Origin: Mobula birostris
Lineage: Eukaryota
Reading direction: 5' to 3'
Assembly: GCF_030028105.1 (NCBI RefSeq)
Contig: NC_092371.1
Span: 212,658,031-212,722,030, forward strand
DNA: 64,000 nucleotides
Of this stretch, positions 1-13,050 are shown in pieces. The notes under the pieces are model-generated. The model was not told the origin of the DNA and did no database searches. It saw nothing but the letters and a program-made list of their open reading frames with translations. How positions within the stretch are numbered: the first letter of the stretch is position 1; every line of letters begins with the position of its first letter. Position numbers and translations under genes: made by a program.

Positions 1-1299
1 GGGCCTGTAATGTGCTGATTCTATGATAAGATTACACTGTGAAACTCCAGGGATGTTAAAGTCATGAATAAATTGTCTGAAATAATCCATGTGATCCATA
101 ATTACACACTGTAATCAAAATGTACTTATCTTTATTCCTTGACAGTGACGCATTTACCTGAGATTTCCTTGCCTTTTAAACTTATTAACTTTGTTGCTTC
201 ACAGAGGCCTTAAAGCAAGATAGCTTTTGCCATATCATCTGTCTGTGAGGTCTAGAGGTGTTCCACTGAAGACAATGGAGGATCTTGGAGTAGCATGGGC
301 CCTGTAAGCTCGATACCGAACTGATATTCTCAGGCTTATGGTGTGATATCTCAAACATGTATCTGGGCTGTGTTTACACTGTGCCTCCTACTATTTGCAG
401 TGTTGGCAAACAAGATATCTGATGACTCATTTACCCACGCACCCAGTCCCGAGTAGCAACAAATTCTTCTCAAGCGTCTCCAAGTGGCAATATAAACACA
501 ACAGAATCTTAGAAGCATATTTAGGAAACTCTTTAAGTAGACAAAATTAGATTGGATTTCTCCTACCACTATTGAAAGATCTGAGATGGACAGAGGAACT
601 GAATGCCTCACCCACTTTTAACCTTAGACCTGTTTTGTGTACACTGTTTAAAAAGAAATAAAAGAATTTGAATATAGGTGGGGCCTTTCATATCTCTCTG
701 AGAGTGTAACCCTTCTTCAAGCAGCAAACTTATACAAACAAAAAAATACAATAATTTGTTTTAGTAATGCTGATTGTGAGGTAAATGTGAGAGAAGAGCC
801 AGATCATCAAATCTTTTGTGAAAAGTGTAATTGTGTTCAAGTGGGCAGCTGGAGGCTTGGTTTAACATTTCACACAAAAGGCCGCACCTCCTGTGTTGCA
901 GTGCTCCCCCGGCTCTGCACGGGAGCAGCAGCCGCAGCCTGGTTTTCTGTGGCCTGGTCTCCAGTGGGATTTGATGCCAGAATTTTGTAACCCAGAAGCT
1001 ACAGCTTTGCAGGTGGGGCTGGGGCTGGCAACAGAAACAGCTGCAAGTGGCAGAACCCCACAATGCAGAGAAGGAAGGAGGCGAATCGTCCCTCCAACAA
1101 AAAGGGGCAACTGAATTCAAAAGTAAGTGGAGCAATTAATTAAACTTAAGGAATTAAAACTACATGGAGGGTCTTAACATTAAGGGCATTCTAAACACAT
1201 TAAACAAAAATATAGCAATACATACTGTATAAATAATTGAATAAAAGAAGATATTAAGGAAGTGTAAAACTATACAAAACCAGAAAAAAATCAGTGCAC

Positions 1300-1790
1300 A
1301 GAGGAGTAAAGCACAGGAAGAAGCCTTCAGTCCTCGATGTTGTACTGAACTGTTTAAGCTAATCACAGTTAATCCCTCCTGCCTGCGCACAATCCATATC
1401 CCTCTATTCGCTGTATGATCACGTACCACAGAGCCTCAAACACCTCAGATGTGCCTGCCTCCACAACCACCTCTGGCAGCACATTCCAGGCACCCAACGT
1501 TCTGGGTAAAAATCCATCCCCCTCCCCACCCCACTTTAAATGCACACTCTCTGCTATTAGACGTTTTGACCCTGGGATAGAGATGCTGGCTGTCCGCTCA
1601 TCTGCGATACTGGCCTCTCATAATTTTATAAAATTCTGTCAGATCTCCTCTCAGCTTCTGTTGCTCCAGAGAAAAAATAATAATTCTGTCGCACCTCTCA
1701 TTAAAGCACAGGCCCTCTAGTCCAGGCAGCATGCTAGTAAATTTCTTCTACACCAACTTCATAGCCTCCACATCTTTCCTGTAATGGGAT
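1300..1790 (-). mobile_element. Old CR1-type LINE 3' fragment
   Basis: Degenerate similarity to the CR1 3' regions at about 2000-2450 and 48200-48700. Confidence 0.6.
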
Positions 1791-1964
1791 GACTTGAAAT
1801 AATTGACCAATAGGCAGATATAAATAAAAGTGAGATACAGTCTGCCATTTCTTTTTGAATTCCAAGAGGCTTTATTTGACTTACTTAGCCACAGTCAGAG
1901 GTATTGCCTGTTGTTCGCTGAGCTAGAGAAGTATGGCTGAGAGTTTCTATTCCACGACTGCACT

Positions 1965-4900
1965 TAAGACCATAAGACCATAAGATATAGGAGCAGAATT
2001 AGGCCATTCAGCCCATCGAGTCCACTCACCATTTCATCATGGCTGATCCCGGATCCCACTCATTCCCATACAGCTGTCTTCTAGCCATATCCCTTGATAC
2101 CCTGACTGATCAACTTCCACCTTAAATATACCCATGGATTTGGCCTACACCACAGTCTGTGGCAGTCCACAGATTCACTACTCTCTGACTAACAAAAATT
2201 TCTCCTCGTCTCCATTCTAAAAGGTCGTCCCTCAATTTTGAGTCTATGCCATCTAGTTCTGGATACCCCCACCACAGGAAACATCCTCTCCACATCCACC
2301 CTATCTAGTCCTTTCAACATTCAGTAGGTTTCAATGAGGTACCCCTGCATTCTTCTAAATTCCAGTGAGTTACAGGCCCAAAATCTGTTAACCCCTTCAT
2401 TCCCAAAATCATCCTCGTGAACCTCCTCTGGACTCTCTCCAATGACAACACATCCTTTCTGAGATATGGGGCACAAAACTGTTGAATATTCTATTCTCTT
2501 TGAAATAAGTGCCAACAATGCCAACATTGCATTTGCTGCATCTACTTAACTTGTAAACTACCCTTCTGGGAGCCTTGCACTTGAACTCCTAAGTCCCTCT
2601 GCACCTCTGATGTTTGAACCTTCTCCCCATTTAGATAATAGTCCGCACTACTGTCCCTTTTACCAAAATATTTTATTGTACATTTTCCAAAACTGTATTC
2701 CATCTGCCACTTTTTTGCCCATTCTTCCAATTTGTCTAAGTCCTGCTGCAATCGCATTGCTTCCTCAGCACTACCTAACCCTCCCCCTATCTTGGTATTA
2801 TCTGCAAACTTTGCCACAAAGCCAACAGCTCCATTATCCAAATCATTGACAAACGATGTGAAAAATAGCAGTCCCAATACTGATCCCAGAGGAATACCAC
2901 TGGTCACCAGCAACCAACCAGAAAAAGCCACTTTCATTCCCACTCGCTGCTTCCTGGCTGTCAGCCATTCCTCTATCCATAGGATTTTAACTAGTTAAGC
3001 AGCCTCATGTGTGGCACTTCTGAAAATTCAAGTAAATGGCATCCATTGCCTCTCCTCTGTCCACTCTGCTTGTTACTTCCTTAAAAGCACTCTAACAGAT
3101 ATGTCTGTCAAGATTTCCCTTGATAGAAACCATGTTGACTTTGACTTATTTTATCATTAGTCTCCAAGTACCCCAAAACCTCATCCTTAGTAATTGACTT
3201 CAACACTTTCTCAACCACTGAGGTTAGGCTAACTGGTCTATAATTTCATTTCTTTTGCCCTCCTCCCTTCTGAAAGAGTGGAGTGATGTTTGCAATCTTC
3301 CAGTCCTCCGGGACCATGCCTGAACCAAGTGATTCCTGAAAGATCATTACCAATGCATCCGTTATCTCTTCAGCAACCTCTCTCAGGATTCTGGGGTGTA
3401 GTCCATCTGGTCCAGGTGACTTATCCACCTTAAGACCTTTTTCTTTTGTAATAGAAATGGTGCTCTCTCCTGCTCCCTGACAATCATGGACTTCTGGCAC
3501 ACTGTTAGTGTCTTCCACTGTAAATACTGAAGCAAAGTACTTATTAAGTTCATCTGCATTTTCTAGGTTCCCCATTACTATATCACCAGCATCATTTTCC
3601 AGTGATCCAATATCAACTTCCACCTCCCTTTCATTCTTTATATAACTGAAAAAACTTCTGGTATCTTGCTTTATATTATCAGCTAGTCTGCCCTCATATT
3701 TCATCTTTTCCCTTCTTATAGCTTTTTTAGTCTTATTTTGATGATTTTATACTTTATACTTTATAGTCGCCAAACAATTGATACTAGAACATACAATCAT
3801 CACAGCGATATTTGTTTCTGCGCTTCCCGCTCCCTGGAGTACAAATCGATAGTAAATATTAAAAATTTAAATTATAAATCATAAATAGAAAATAGAAAAT
3901 GGAAAGTAAGGTAGTGTAAAAAAAACCAAGAGGCAGGTCTGGATATTTGGAGGGTACGACCTAGATCCGGGTCAGGATCCGTTCAGCAGTCTTATCACAG
4001 TTGGAAGGAAGCTGTTCCCAAATCTGGCTGTACGAATCTTCAAGCTCCTGAACCTCCTCCCGGAGGGAAGAGGGACGAAAAGTGTGTTGGCTGGGTGGGT
4101 CGTGTCCTTGATTATTCTGGCAGCACTGCTCTGACAGCATGCGGTGTAAAGTGAGTCCAAGGACGGAAGATTGGTTTGTGTGATGTGCTGCGCCGTGTTC
4201 ACGATCTTCTGCAGCTTCTTCCGGTCTTGGACAGGACAACTTCCATACCAGGTTGTGATGCACCCTAGAAGAATGCTTTCTACGGTGCATCTGTAAAAAT
4301 TAGTGAGGGTTTTAGGGGACAGGCCAAATCCATTTTAAAAACTTTCCAATCATCCAACTTTCCCCACTCACTTTTGCTACCTTACATGTCCTTTCCTTGG
4401 CTTTATGCAGTCCTTCCCTTTCTTTGTCAGCCACGGTTGTCTAGCCCTGCCATTTGAGAACATCTTCCTCTGTGGGACATATCTATCCTGCGCCTTGTGA
4501 ACTATTCCCAGAAACTTCGGCCATCTCTGTTCAGCTGTCATTCTCGGCAGTATCATCCTCCAATCCACCTGGGCAAGCTCCTCTCTCGTTCTTCTGTATT
4601 TGCCTTTATTCCATTGCAGTACTAACCCATTTGAGTTATGCTTCTCCCTCTCAAATTGCAGTATGAATCCAATCATACTATGATTGCTGTCTCCTAAGGG
4701 TTCCTTTACATTAAGCTCCTTCTTGGTTATTACTCAATTCCCAATGTAGGAGAGCCTTTCCTCGAGACAGCTCAAGCACAAGCTGCTCTATAAAGCTATC
4801 CCATAGGTTTTAACAAACTCCCTCTCTTGTGATCTGACACCAACCTGATTTTCCCAATTCTCTTGCATATTGAAGTCCCCCGTTACTATTCTGTCATTAC

Positions 4901-5880
4901 CCTTATTACATGCCCTTTCCAGCTCCCTTTGCAATCTCAACCCCACATCTTGGCTACAATTTGGAGGCCTATATTTGATCACCATAATGTTCTTTTTTAC
5001 CCTTACAGTTTCTTAATTCCACCCACAGAGATTCAAAATTCTCTGACCCTATGTCACCTCTTTCTAAAGATGTGATTCTATCTCTTACCAACAAAGCCAC
5101 ACCAGCACCTATGCCTTCCTGCCTCTGCTTTGGATGCAAAGCGTCTTTTGATGTTGAGCTCCCAACTATGACCTTCTTTCAGCCACAACTCAGTGATGCC
5201 CACAACATTATACTGACCAATCTCTAATTGCCAAGAGTTCATCCACCTAATTCCAAATGCCACAAGCATTTAAACACAGCACCTTCAGTCCTGCATTCTT
5301 TGTCCTTTTGAACTTTGCCTCTGTGGTACGATTTAACTCATTGCCCTTTCTGCATTTGTACCCAATCATTGGCTTGTCCTTCCTTACGTTCGTGTTACCC
5401 CATCATCTACTTGCAAACCTGCTGACTCATCCTCGGCTCTATCATACTGCTTCCCATCCCCCTGCCATATGAGTTTAAAGCCATCGCAACAGCACTAGTA
5501 AACCTGCCCACAAGAATATTGGTCCCGCTCAGGTTCAAGTGCAACCTGTCCCTTTTGTACAGGTCCCACCTGTACTATTGTGACATTACCCTTATTACAT
5601 GCCCTTTTCAGGTCCCACCTGTTACTATTGTGACATTACCCTTATTACATGCCCTTTCCAGCTCCCTTTGCAATCTCAACCCCACATCTTGGCTACAATT
5701 TGGAGGCCTATATTTGATCACCATAATGTTCTTTTTTACCCTTACAGTTTCTTAATTCCACCCACAAAGATTCAACATCCTCTGACCCTATGTCACCTCT
5801 TTCTATAGATGTAATCCCATCTTTTACCAACAGAGCCACACCTCCACCTATGCCTTCCTGCTCAACCTTTTGATACAAAA
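1965..5880 (-). mobile_element. Decayed CR1 LINE (ORF2 endonuclease and RT, 3' end of ORF1) in TRIM54 intron 4
   Basis: ORF fragments VTSGIPLGSVLGLLFF...VAKFADNTKIGG (RT), KSPGPDGLHPRIL, YRPPN...GDFN and VGITELWL (APE). Tandem (TAAGACCA)n tail at 1965-1985. Many frameshifts and stops. Confidence 0.92.
3750..4331 (-). mobile_element. Rex1/Babar-type LINE 3' fragment nested in CR1
   Basis: Encodes LPSLDSLYTACC...IIKDTTHPANTLFVPLPSGRRFRSLKIRTARFGNSFLPTVIRLLN, with a (GTATAAA)n tail. ATTTTA on both sides is a possible TSD. The host CR1 resumes after 4331. Confidence 0.85.
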
Positions 5881-8075
5881 TATATCATTTGATACACTTT
5901 GATATCCTTTGCAGAGGGTGCAGGAGTTGAGAGAGTGGGTGCCCTGCACTGGGATAGAAAGAGGCTGGTAATGACAGCAATCTCCAGGGGAAAGTATTCC
6001 CAAAATAATTTTCAGTGTCACAGACCAGCAAGCGTGACAAATCCTTGAGGAATTTCAGCTAAGAACACACATGGGACCATGAGTCAAAACAACAGAATGA
6101 GATAGAAATATTTTGGTTCATAAGGAATAAGAATTTATAAAGATGTCCTTCTCTTAACAGCACAATTTTAAAACAGTAGCCAGAACAAACTTAATTATAT
6201 ATTCAAAATCACGTGACGGTGGGAGAAGAGTTTCCGACAGGAAGTGTTAACTCTATCAGTCTACCCACAGATAGAACTTGATCTACTCTATACATTCAGC
6301 ATTTTCTGTTTTTGTTTTAATTGTATGTAGAATTTGGAGTGAAGGATGTGTATTTCATTTAAAAATTGAAGGGAATACTTTCGCTATTTGCATGTTAATG
6401 CCAACATAACTTGACCTACTTAACCAAGTGAAAGATTCTTAAATCCTCATTCTCTAGAAACCAACATGTCTTCCAGTTCTCTTGGTGCACACCTCCCCTT
6501 GCACAATCATTTAAACTTCCCACTGGTTAATCTCCCCATTCAGACAGGTTCCACTGCTGCTATAATTCACCGATTCTTCAAAACATACACCGTATACTAG
6601 AAAGTGACTATTTTCCTCTTCACATGAACAGCCACACAATTATCGCCTTAACATGTCTGTTATTGTAATATACAATAACCATCCTTGTCTGTCAGTCACC
6701 CAATTTGTTCTTACACAGGTTAATTGCACTGGTAGCTCTCAATGTTCAAGAATTAAATAATTAGTTTTGTTATAATTGTATTTATTTATAAGGTGGCTAA
6801 TTGTTTGTGTGGAACAACAGATCAATAATGACAAACTGAGTATTAAAGGATTGTTGGCAACAAATTCCCTATTACCTCGAGGTTATTATCCAGAGGTCAA
6901 ACATAATGTTAACAAACTCATTCTCAGATCATAGCTGCACAGCTTTTGAAAAAATCACAGTAAACAAGAAACAGACATTATTGCATTTTTTAACGAACAT
7001 ATTCTACCATTCAGCCCGTGAGTTCAAAGAACAGTTACTTGGGCAATACCCCGAAGTCAGATTTATTCAATTTCCACTAAAGCATTTTTTTTCCAGTCAG
7101 ATTTTCTTTTCTTATTCTTTTTCCTTCCTCCCCACACACACTCTCCTCTTCACCATGTGAACAATGTCATAAGAACATTGGGGGGGGGGGGACAAAATTT
7201 AATGTTTAAAGCAGGAATGATAAGGGTCAAGGATTCAGTTTAGAAAATCCTCTCTATCACCTTGCAACTTGGAGATGTTAGCAAAGCAATTTTGTAATAT
7301 GATATGAGAGATTGGTATTTACTAAAGGTCTTCTTTAAACACATTTTTGCCAAATACTATGACACAAAATAACGCATGTTCACAGAGGAAAAATATATTA
7401 ATCTACATCCTTTAATGACAAGAAACTTCATGCTGCTCTGCTGCAGATCTGCCACACACTGTTGAACAGGCACAGCTCGCCAGCTACTTGCTTACATTGC
7501 TATTTTCGGTATTTTTGTTGTCAAATTTCTGGTAGCTGAAGACAGGCTAAAAATTTCCTATAGTTCCTCATTTGATGTTCTTATACAGCAACAGAAACGT
7601 GTATTCCAGAAGAGTCTTTAACATGCAAAACAAATGCTTCCCAAGACCAGATCTGACAGCCAATCAGATATTAGGATAAACAGGCAAGAGCTGGATCAAA
7701 GGAATGTCTAATGATAGGAAAGATGGAGAGATTGAAGAAGAAAATTACAGACCTAAGGACCTTGGTAGCTGAAGATATGGTCACATCTGAGGGAATGAGT
7801 TGCTCATTAAAGTCAGACTGGAGAAGAGCTTCAGAGCTGGAGCAGAATGCAAATGCAGAGGCAAGTCCAGGAAATGAAAACGAGAAAGGCTTTTAACCTG
7901 GGCCTTTGTCTGAGTGGAAGTGAATGCACACTGGCAGGCACAGGAACAATGAGTGCGATGAAGAACTATTGTAAACATGGAACGTTTGATCAGTTGAACA
8001 GATAATACACTACAAGACAAAGAGTAGTTATTCCGTGAGCTAAGTAACAGATATTTTTGACATGCAGTTGCTTAC

Positions 8076-8171
8076 CTCAATGGTTTTACAGATTTCTTCC
8101 AGCTGGGTAATAATTGCCTGGATTCTGTCATTTCCGGCCACAAGCATTGCAATTCCATCACTGAGCTCAGT
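8076..8171 (-). CDS. TRIM54: TRIM54 coding exon 4 (start of coiled coil); the gene probably continues left of the window
   Basis: Acceptor ttcacag|ACT. Encodes [32 protein letters not shown], 96 nt. Donor GAG|GTAAGC. No exon 5 was recognised in 1-8075. Confidence 0.95.
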
Positions 8172-8359
8172 CTGTGAAGAATAGGAATAATTGTCAGACC
8201 ATTCCAGGCAGCAGCAGTGACATGTTTGTCCATGGCTTGAACATTTTCTCTGACATCTTAACAACTCTTTTAAGATAAGTTAGTGGCATTTTTTTAAAAA
8301 GATACAATAGCAAAACACTAGCTAGGGATACCGATTTTTGTTAAAGAACTCCAACATAC

Positions 8360-8531
8360 CTTTTGACGTTTGTAGACATTTTGCAGAGGCGCCACTTCAC
8401 AATCTTTATGAGCACCAAAGACTTTGCACATTGAGCAGGTTGGAACCTCGCAAGTTAGACAGTAGATATTAATCTTTTCATCTTCATGCTCTTCACACAT
8501 TAACTGCTGGTCAGGCTTGGTGTGCAGAGGC
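8360..8531 (-). CDS. TRIM54: TRIM54 coding exon 3 (B-box type 2)
   Basis: Acceptor ttcag|G. Encodes [57 protein letters not shown], 172 nt. Donor AAG|GTATGT. Confidence 0.95.
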
Positions 8532-9079
8532 CTGAAGAAAATTATTAGTGAAAAGTACGAAGTGCCACAACGGGAAATGTTGGGAACTAAAAGAATGAGT
8601 CATTTCATTTCTCTTGAGATGATTGCCTCCCCCACCTTTAGGTAATGTCTTCTCACCTCCATGAACAGATACTCCTCCTCCCACTGCCTCCCACATCACC
8701 TCACCCACTTATCCTCGGCCGTCCCCTCTGACATCCACTGCCTCTCCATCACCCCAGGCCCACACACCTAACACCAGAACCTTTATTGGGAGGTGCTCAA
8801 TGCAATGAATTGCCAATGCCATTGCAATTTCCTGTGCTAACTCTTGATCACCTAGGAAGGAAATTTGATTATTTAGCCTCCTTCATGATCTTTCTTTTAG
8901 ACTCATCTCTCAGATAAGGAGGAAGAATTTAAAAAATGGAGGAAGTATAGAAAGCATGTTGTCAAGATGCAGCAGCGAGTGATTCATATACTTCCGCTGT
9001 TTTGAGTTGGGAGAAGCAAAAAGATCCCTAGAGTGAGGAGGAAGAAATAGAGTTAGAATTGATATTAACAATAAACCTC

Positions 9080-9490
9080 AAGGAATTAAGCCATAGTGAA
9101 AGTCAAATTAAAGTATGTATAACCATATACTAACTTGAGATCCAATTTCTTGCAGGCATTTATAGGAAAATAAAGAAATTCAATATAATTTTTGAGAAAC
9201 TATACGTAAACAAAGACTGATAATCAATGTGCAAAAGACAAGTTATACAAATAAAGAAATGAGTAATACTGAGAACATGAGTGGTGGAGACCTTGAAAGT
9301 GAGTCAGTAGGTTGTGGAACCAGTTCAGATTTGAGATGAATGAAGATATTCTCACTGGTTCAGGAGCCTGATGGTTGAAGGTAATAACTGTCCCTAAACC
9401 TGGTGGAGTAGGACTTAGGGCTCTTGTACCTCCTGCTTGATGGTAGTAGCAAGAAGAAATCATGGCCTGGATGATGGGGCTCCTTGATGG
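9080..9490 (-). mobile_element. Rex1/Babar-type 3' fragment
   Basis: Encodes IKEPHHPGHDFFLLLPSSRRYKSPKSYSTRFRDSY. Confidence 0.75.
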
Positions 9491-10299
9491 AAGAAGATGG
9501 CACAGGGAACAATGCTATCACGAGCAACATCCTCAAGTTGGCCCGCAAAACTACTTCTTTCACTTCCTTTTCTTTCAAATATAGTTCTGCAATGTTGGAG
9601 CCTGTGATCTACAGTTTGATGGTGTACTTTCAGGCCAATTGAGTCATTTGGTGGTTTGCTGTCTTCGAGAGTGTTCTGGGAGGTAAGCGGCCTCCTCGAG
9701 GCCTGAAGGTTTGGAGACTGGGCACGAGCCCGTGATCGACCCCATTTCTCACCGATCTCGCCAATTATAGCATCGAGGAAAATTGAAAACTCTGAGGCGA
9801 ATGCAGAAGGTGAATGGGTGTCCCATGCCACCTCCAACCTCTCGCTCGCTGCTGCCAGAGAAGATATCTTCATGCGACGGTCTCTCTCACTCCCTCTCAC
9901 TCACTGCTCCCAAAGGAAGGTCCCTGCATTCAAATGGTCTCTCTCTCCCGATGCTGTCGGAGGATGGTCCCAGAGCAAGGTACAATCAATGCGGTTGTAG
10001 ATTGGACTGTAGTTCACATTATGTTGTGTCTTCTGGTTTCCCGTCGCTCCCCTTTTCTGTTGCTATCTTTGAGCAACTTTGAATCAGGGCGGCCTGCAGA
10101 TAATGAATACTGAACTGAACTTAATATGGACTCTTTAGTTTTTGTGCTTTATATTCTGTGTATTTGCCCATTCTTTTTTGTTGCTGTGCAGGATTTGTTT
10201 TCTGTGCATGAAGTGGGGTATGGGGAGCGGGGGTGGAGCAGTGGGGGGGGGAGTTGATGCTTTTCTCTGAATGGGTTCCATGGCCTTCTTTCATTTTCA

Positions 10300-10700
10300 T
10301 TTTTAAATTTTTTATTAATTATTATTGAAGATCAACAAAAAAACATTAAAGTAATCAAGTCAACATGTCAATTTGTACAATGAGGAATTAAATTACCAAA
10401 TAACTGATTAACAAAGCTAAACAATACATCAATAATAATAAGAAAAAATAAAGTGTTAAAAAATTGTTTATAGGAAAAAAGAACCCCTACTAACTAAAAC
10501 AAAAAAAACGTCCCTGCTAACAAAAAAAAACAAAAAAAAAACCATTGGGAGGACAACCCCAGAGCTATACGCCATACAAGCTTCCATAAAAGAAAAACAT
10601 CAATCCACCAACTCAAATTCATTTAAACAAGAATCAGAAGCAAACCATCTTAATTAACTCAAATCAAGTGATAGTAGCGGGCAAAAGAACCCCACCTTTT
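10300..10700 (-). mobile_element. Possible L1/Tx1-like 3' end
   Basis: T-rich 3' UTR, AATAAA and an A-rich tail on the minus strand. A short KRWGSFARYYHLI peptide resembles an ORF2 C-terminus. Confidence 0.4.
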
Positions 10701-11123
10701 CTCTGAGGCCTCCGTCGGTCAGAGTCAACCATGGATATTGCATCCCAGCTGTCTAGATACACAAGCCTGGGCAGTACGATAAGGATAGCAAGCTGTTGCC
10801 CATGTAGCAAGCTCACCCTCTCCATGCATCCGATGAACCCAAAGGGCCGGCAGACACCCATACGGTCTGGTACCAGCAGCATCGCAGGGATTGCCAGTCA
10901 GCATTGAGCTCAATGTGGGACTGCCTTAGGGACTCCAGCTCCAGATTTTTCCCTCGGGGTTTACTCCCAAAGCCTTCCCCAGCTGGAGTCCCTAAGGCAG
11001 TCCCACATTGAGCTTGCTACACGGGCAACAGCTTGCTCTCCATATCGTACTGCCCAGGCTGGTGTATCTAGACAGCTGGGATGCAATATCAATAGTCAAC
11101 TCCGACCGATGGAGGCCTCAGAG
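10701..11123. repeat. Nested double inverted repeat (fold-back insertion)
   Basis: 10701-10814 is the reverse complement of 11010-11123 with scattered mismatches. 10907-10940 is the exact reverse complement of 10981-11014. Confidence 0.95.
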
Positions 11124-11174
11124 CTTTAAGTGAAATAATGGTTAAACAATTTTAATATCCCAGGCTTGATTCAT

Positions 11175-11510
11175 CCATCCATCCAGCATTCTCTTTGACT
11201 TTCTACCATCAGGCAGGAGACTATGATACATAAAGATAAGAACAATCAAGATGAAAACAACTTCTTCCCCCAGGCCACTGGGCTTCTGAACTCCCGGCTG
11301 CATTGTATTTGAAGTGTCACTGGTTAATCTGCCCCATACCTTATGGTTTGTTATTCATCTGTAGATTTTTATCCTTATCTTCATAAGTTATTGTGTGTTA
11401 TGTGTACTACTGTGCTTTACACCCTGGTTCGGAGAAACATCATCTTGTTTCTATATGGTTTGATACGTTACATATGTGTATATAGTTGAATGACAATAAA
11501 CTTGACTTGA
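11175..11510 (+). mobile_element. Rex1/Babar-type 3' end
   Basis: CCATCAGGCAGGAGA (LPSGRR-like) followed by an AATAAA(CTTGA)n tail at about 11495-11510. Confidence 0.65.
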
Positions 11511-11921
11511 TGCTCAACTCACTTCACCTCCTTCATGACTTTCAATCTTGTTGCTTTCTACATTTTTAACCATTCTTATTTGGATTCCCATATTGCAGAA
11601 TATTTTACTTCTGATTTCCCATTCACAAGGGTCAGTGCTATTTCCCCTTTCCCACTAATTATTGAATAGTGGAATGGCACTGGTGGAAAAATACCTTTTT
11701 ATGTTACTCTTTCCTCCCACCTCCCCCCAGCTCTGCTGGCAAGACTATGGCTGAAAGAATGGCTTTAAGATGATGGTACAGTTCATGAGAGGGCAAATGA
11801 GAAAACAAAAGGCAAACTCAAAAAAACCCATGTTTCATATAAATATATTTTCAAAACATTCACTGAAGTATTTTGACTCTGTTTGCCCAACTGCCTCTAT
11901 AAATAAAGTACGTTGCGCAAC

Positions 11922-12094
11922 CTGGATGATTCTTGTTTGTAGATGTCAATGATATTTTCCACCAGGAGGTTTCTCTGCAGGCCGTAAACCCCATGGCGAT
12001 CCAACACGACCTCATGCCGGCAGGAAGGGCAGCGAAAGCGGCCCCCTGAAGGTACTGTTGTGGAACCCCTTGACTGCCAGAAGGGGTTGGATGC
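11922..12094 (-). CDS. TRIM54: TRIM54 coding exon 2 (end of RING, MuRF-conserved region)
   Basis: Acceptor tcccag|GCA. Encodes [57 protein letters not shown](R), 173 nt. Donor AG|GTTGCG; phase fits exon 3. Confidence 0.93.
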
Positions 12095-12575
12095 CTGGGA
12101 ACGAGATATCATATGGTTATGTCAATTAACCCCAATAATCAGTTCACTAAATGATTCAGCTATTGTTCTCAGAACACATATCCTTTCTCAAGATTTCTGT
12201 TTTGATAACTTTCTTCCATTTTACAAACATCCACTTCAATGGTAGTAATATCTTACACAAGAATGTTTCTATTTTTAAACAGCTGATCTATACTTGATTG
12301 TTATTTCTTCCACTTCTCTGGCCATGTTAATGTCCTGAGTGTATTTCCTTTGTTATTTTCTTTTCCTCATTATACAGTTTTGTTTCCTTAAAGCTCAAAT
12401 CGAAAATGTCAGTAAAGCTGTCTTTTCAGATATTGAAGTGCAGGCACCCCATGTCTTGTTTGATCAAAAAGTTCACTCATCTTACTGAAAGTATAAATGC
12501 TGTTAATGTTCATCTGTTCAAAATAAATTAACAATTACACCACATCCAATTAATAACAATCAATGAAACACATAC

Positions 12576-12743
12576 CTGGAAAATATCATTGGCACATTTT
12601 CTGCATAAATTATGCTGGCATGGTAAAATTACTACTGGCTTTGTGAACATTTCCAGACAGATAGGACAAATAAGTTGTTTCTCCAAACCGTCCATTGTCT
12701 GTGCATCTCCGAGCATCGGCTTGAAGCCCACTGCGAGGTTCAT
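12576..12743 (-). CDS. TRIM54: TRIM54 (MuRF3) coding exon 1, N-terminus and first part of RING finger
   Basis: Translates [56 protein letters not shown] (168 nt), followed by a CAG|GTATGT donor. The N-terminus resembles TRIM54 ([24 protein letters not shown]) rather than TRIM55 or TRIM63. Confidence 0.95.
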
Positions 12744-12879
12744 CCCCGAAAAGACTTATCGGTAAAGTAATAATTAAATTTCTTCCTCTTTTCAGAGCTC
12801 TCTTTTCTTCTGCCTTTCTCTCTTAACTCACAGGCTAACTGATGGACAAACAGTTAAATTTAGAACAGCTTGTCAGAGG

Positions 12880-13050
12880 ATTGCAACAAGTCACATGGCC
12901 CAACGGTTAAGTGCTCGGCATTCCACGCTCCATATTTATCTCATGAAATGAGAGACTGGGATGTGGAAGAGCCATTTGTTGAGCAGTTCGTTTCACTGTC
13001 AACTGACCATTACTCATGAAGTATGCTACAGATTAAATATAAACTCTTCA
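12880..13050 (-). promoter_or_regulatory. Candidate TRIM54 muscle proximal promoter
   Basis: E-box CACATG (12892-12897), TATA-like ATAAATA on the minus strand (about 12933-12939) and a MEF2-consensus TTAAATATAA (13033-13042), all upstream of a muscle gene ATG. Motif matches only. Confidence 0.4.

Noticed and set aside
351-1135. ORFs as possible TRIM54 exon 5 or urocortin
   Set aside because: No similarity to the expected coiled-coil continuation or to a CRH/UCN peptide.
12576-12743. Alternative identification as TRIM55 or TRIM63 with DNAJC5B
   Set aside because: The N-terminal MN..VGFKP.LGDA and [21 protein letters not shown] sequences fit TRIM54.
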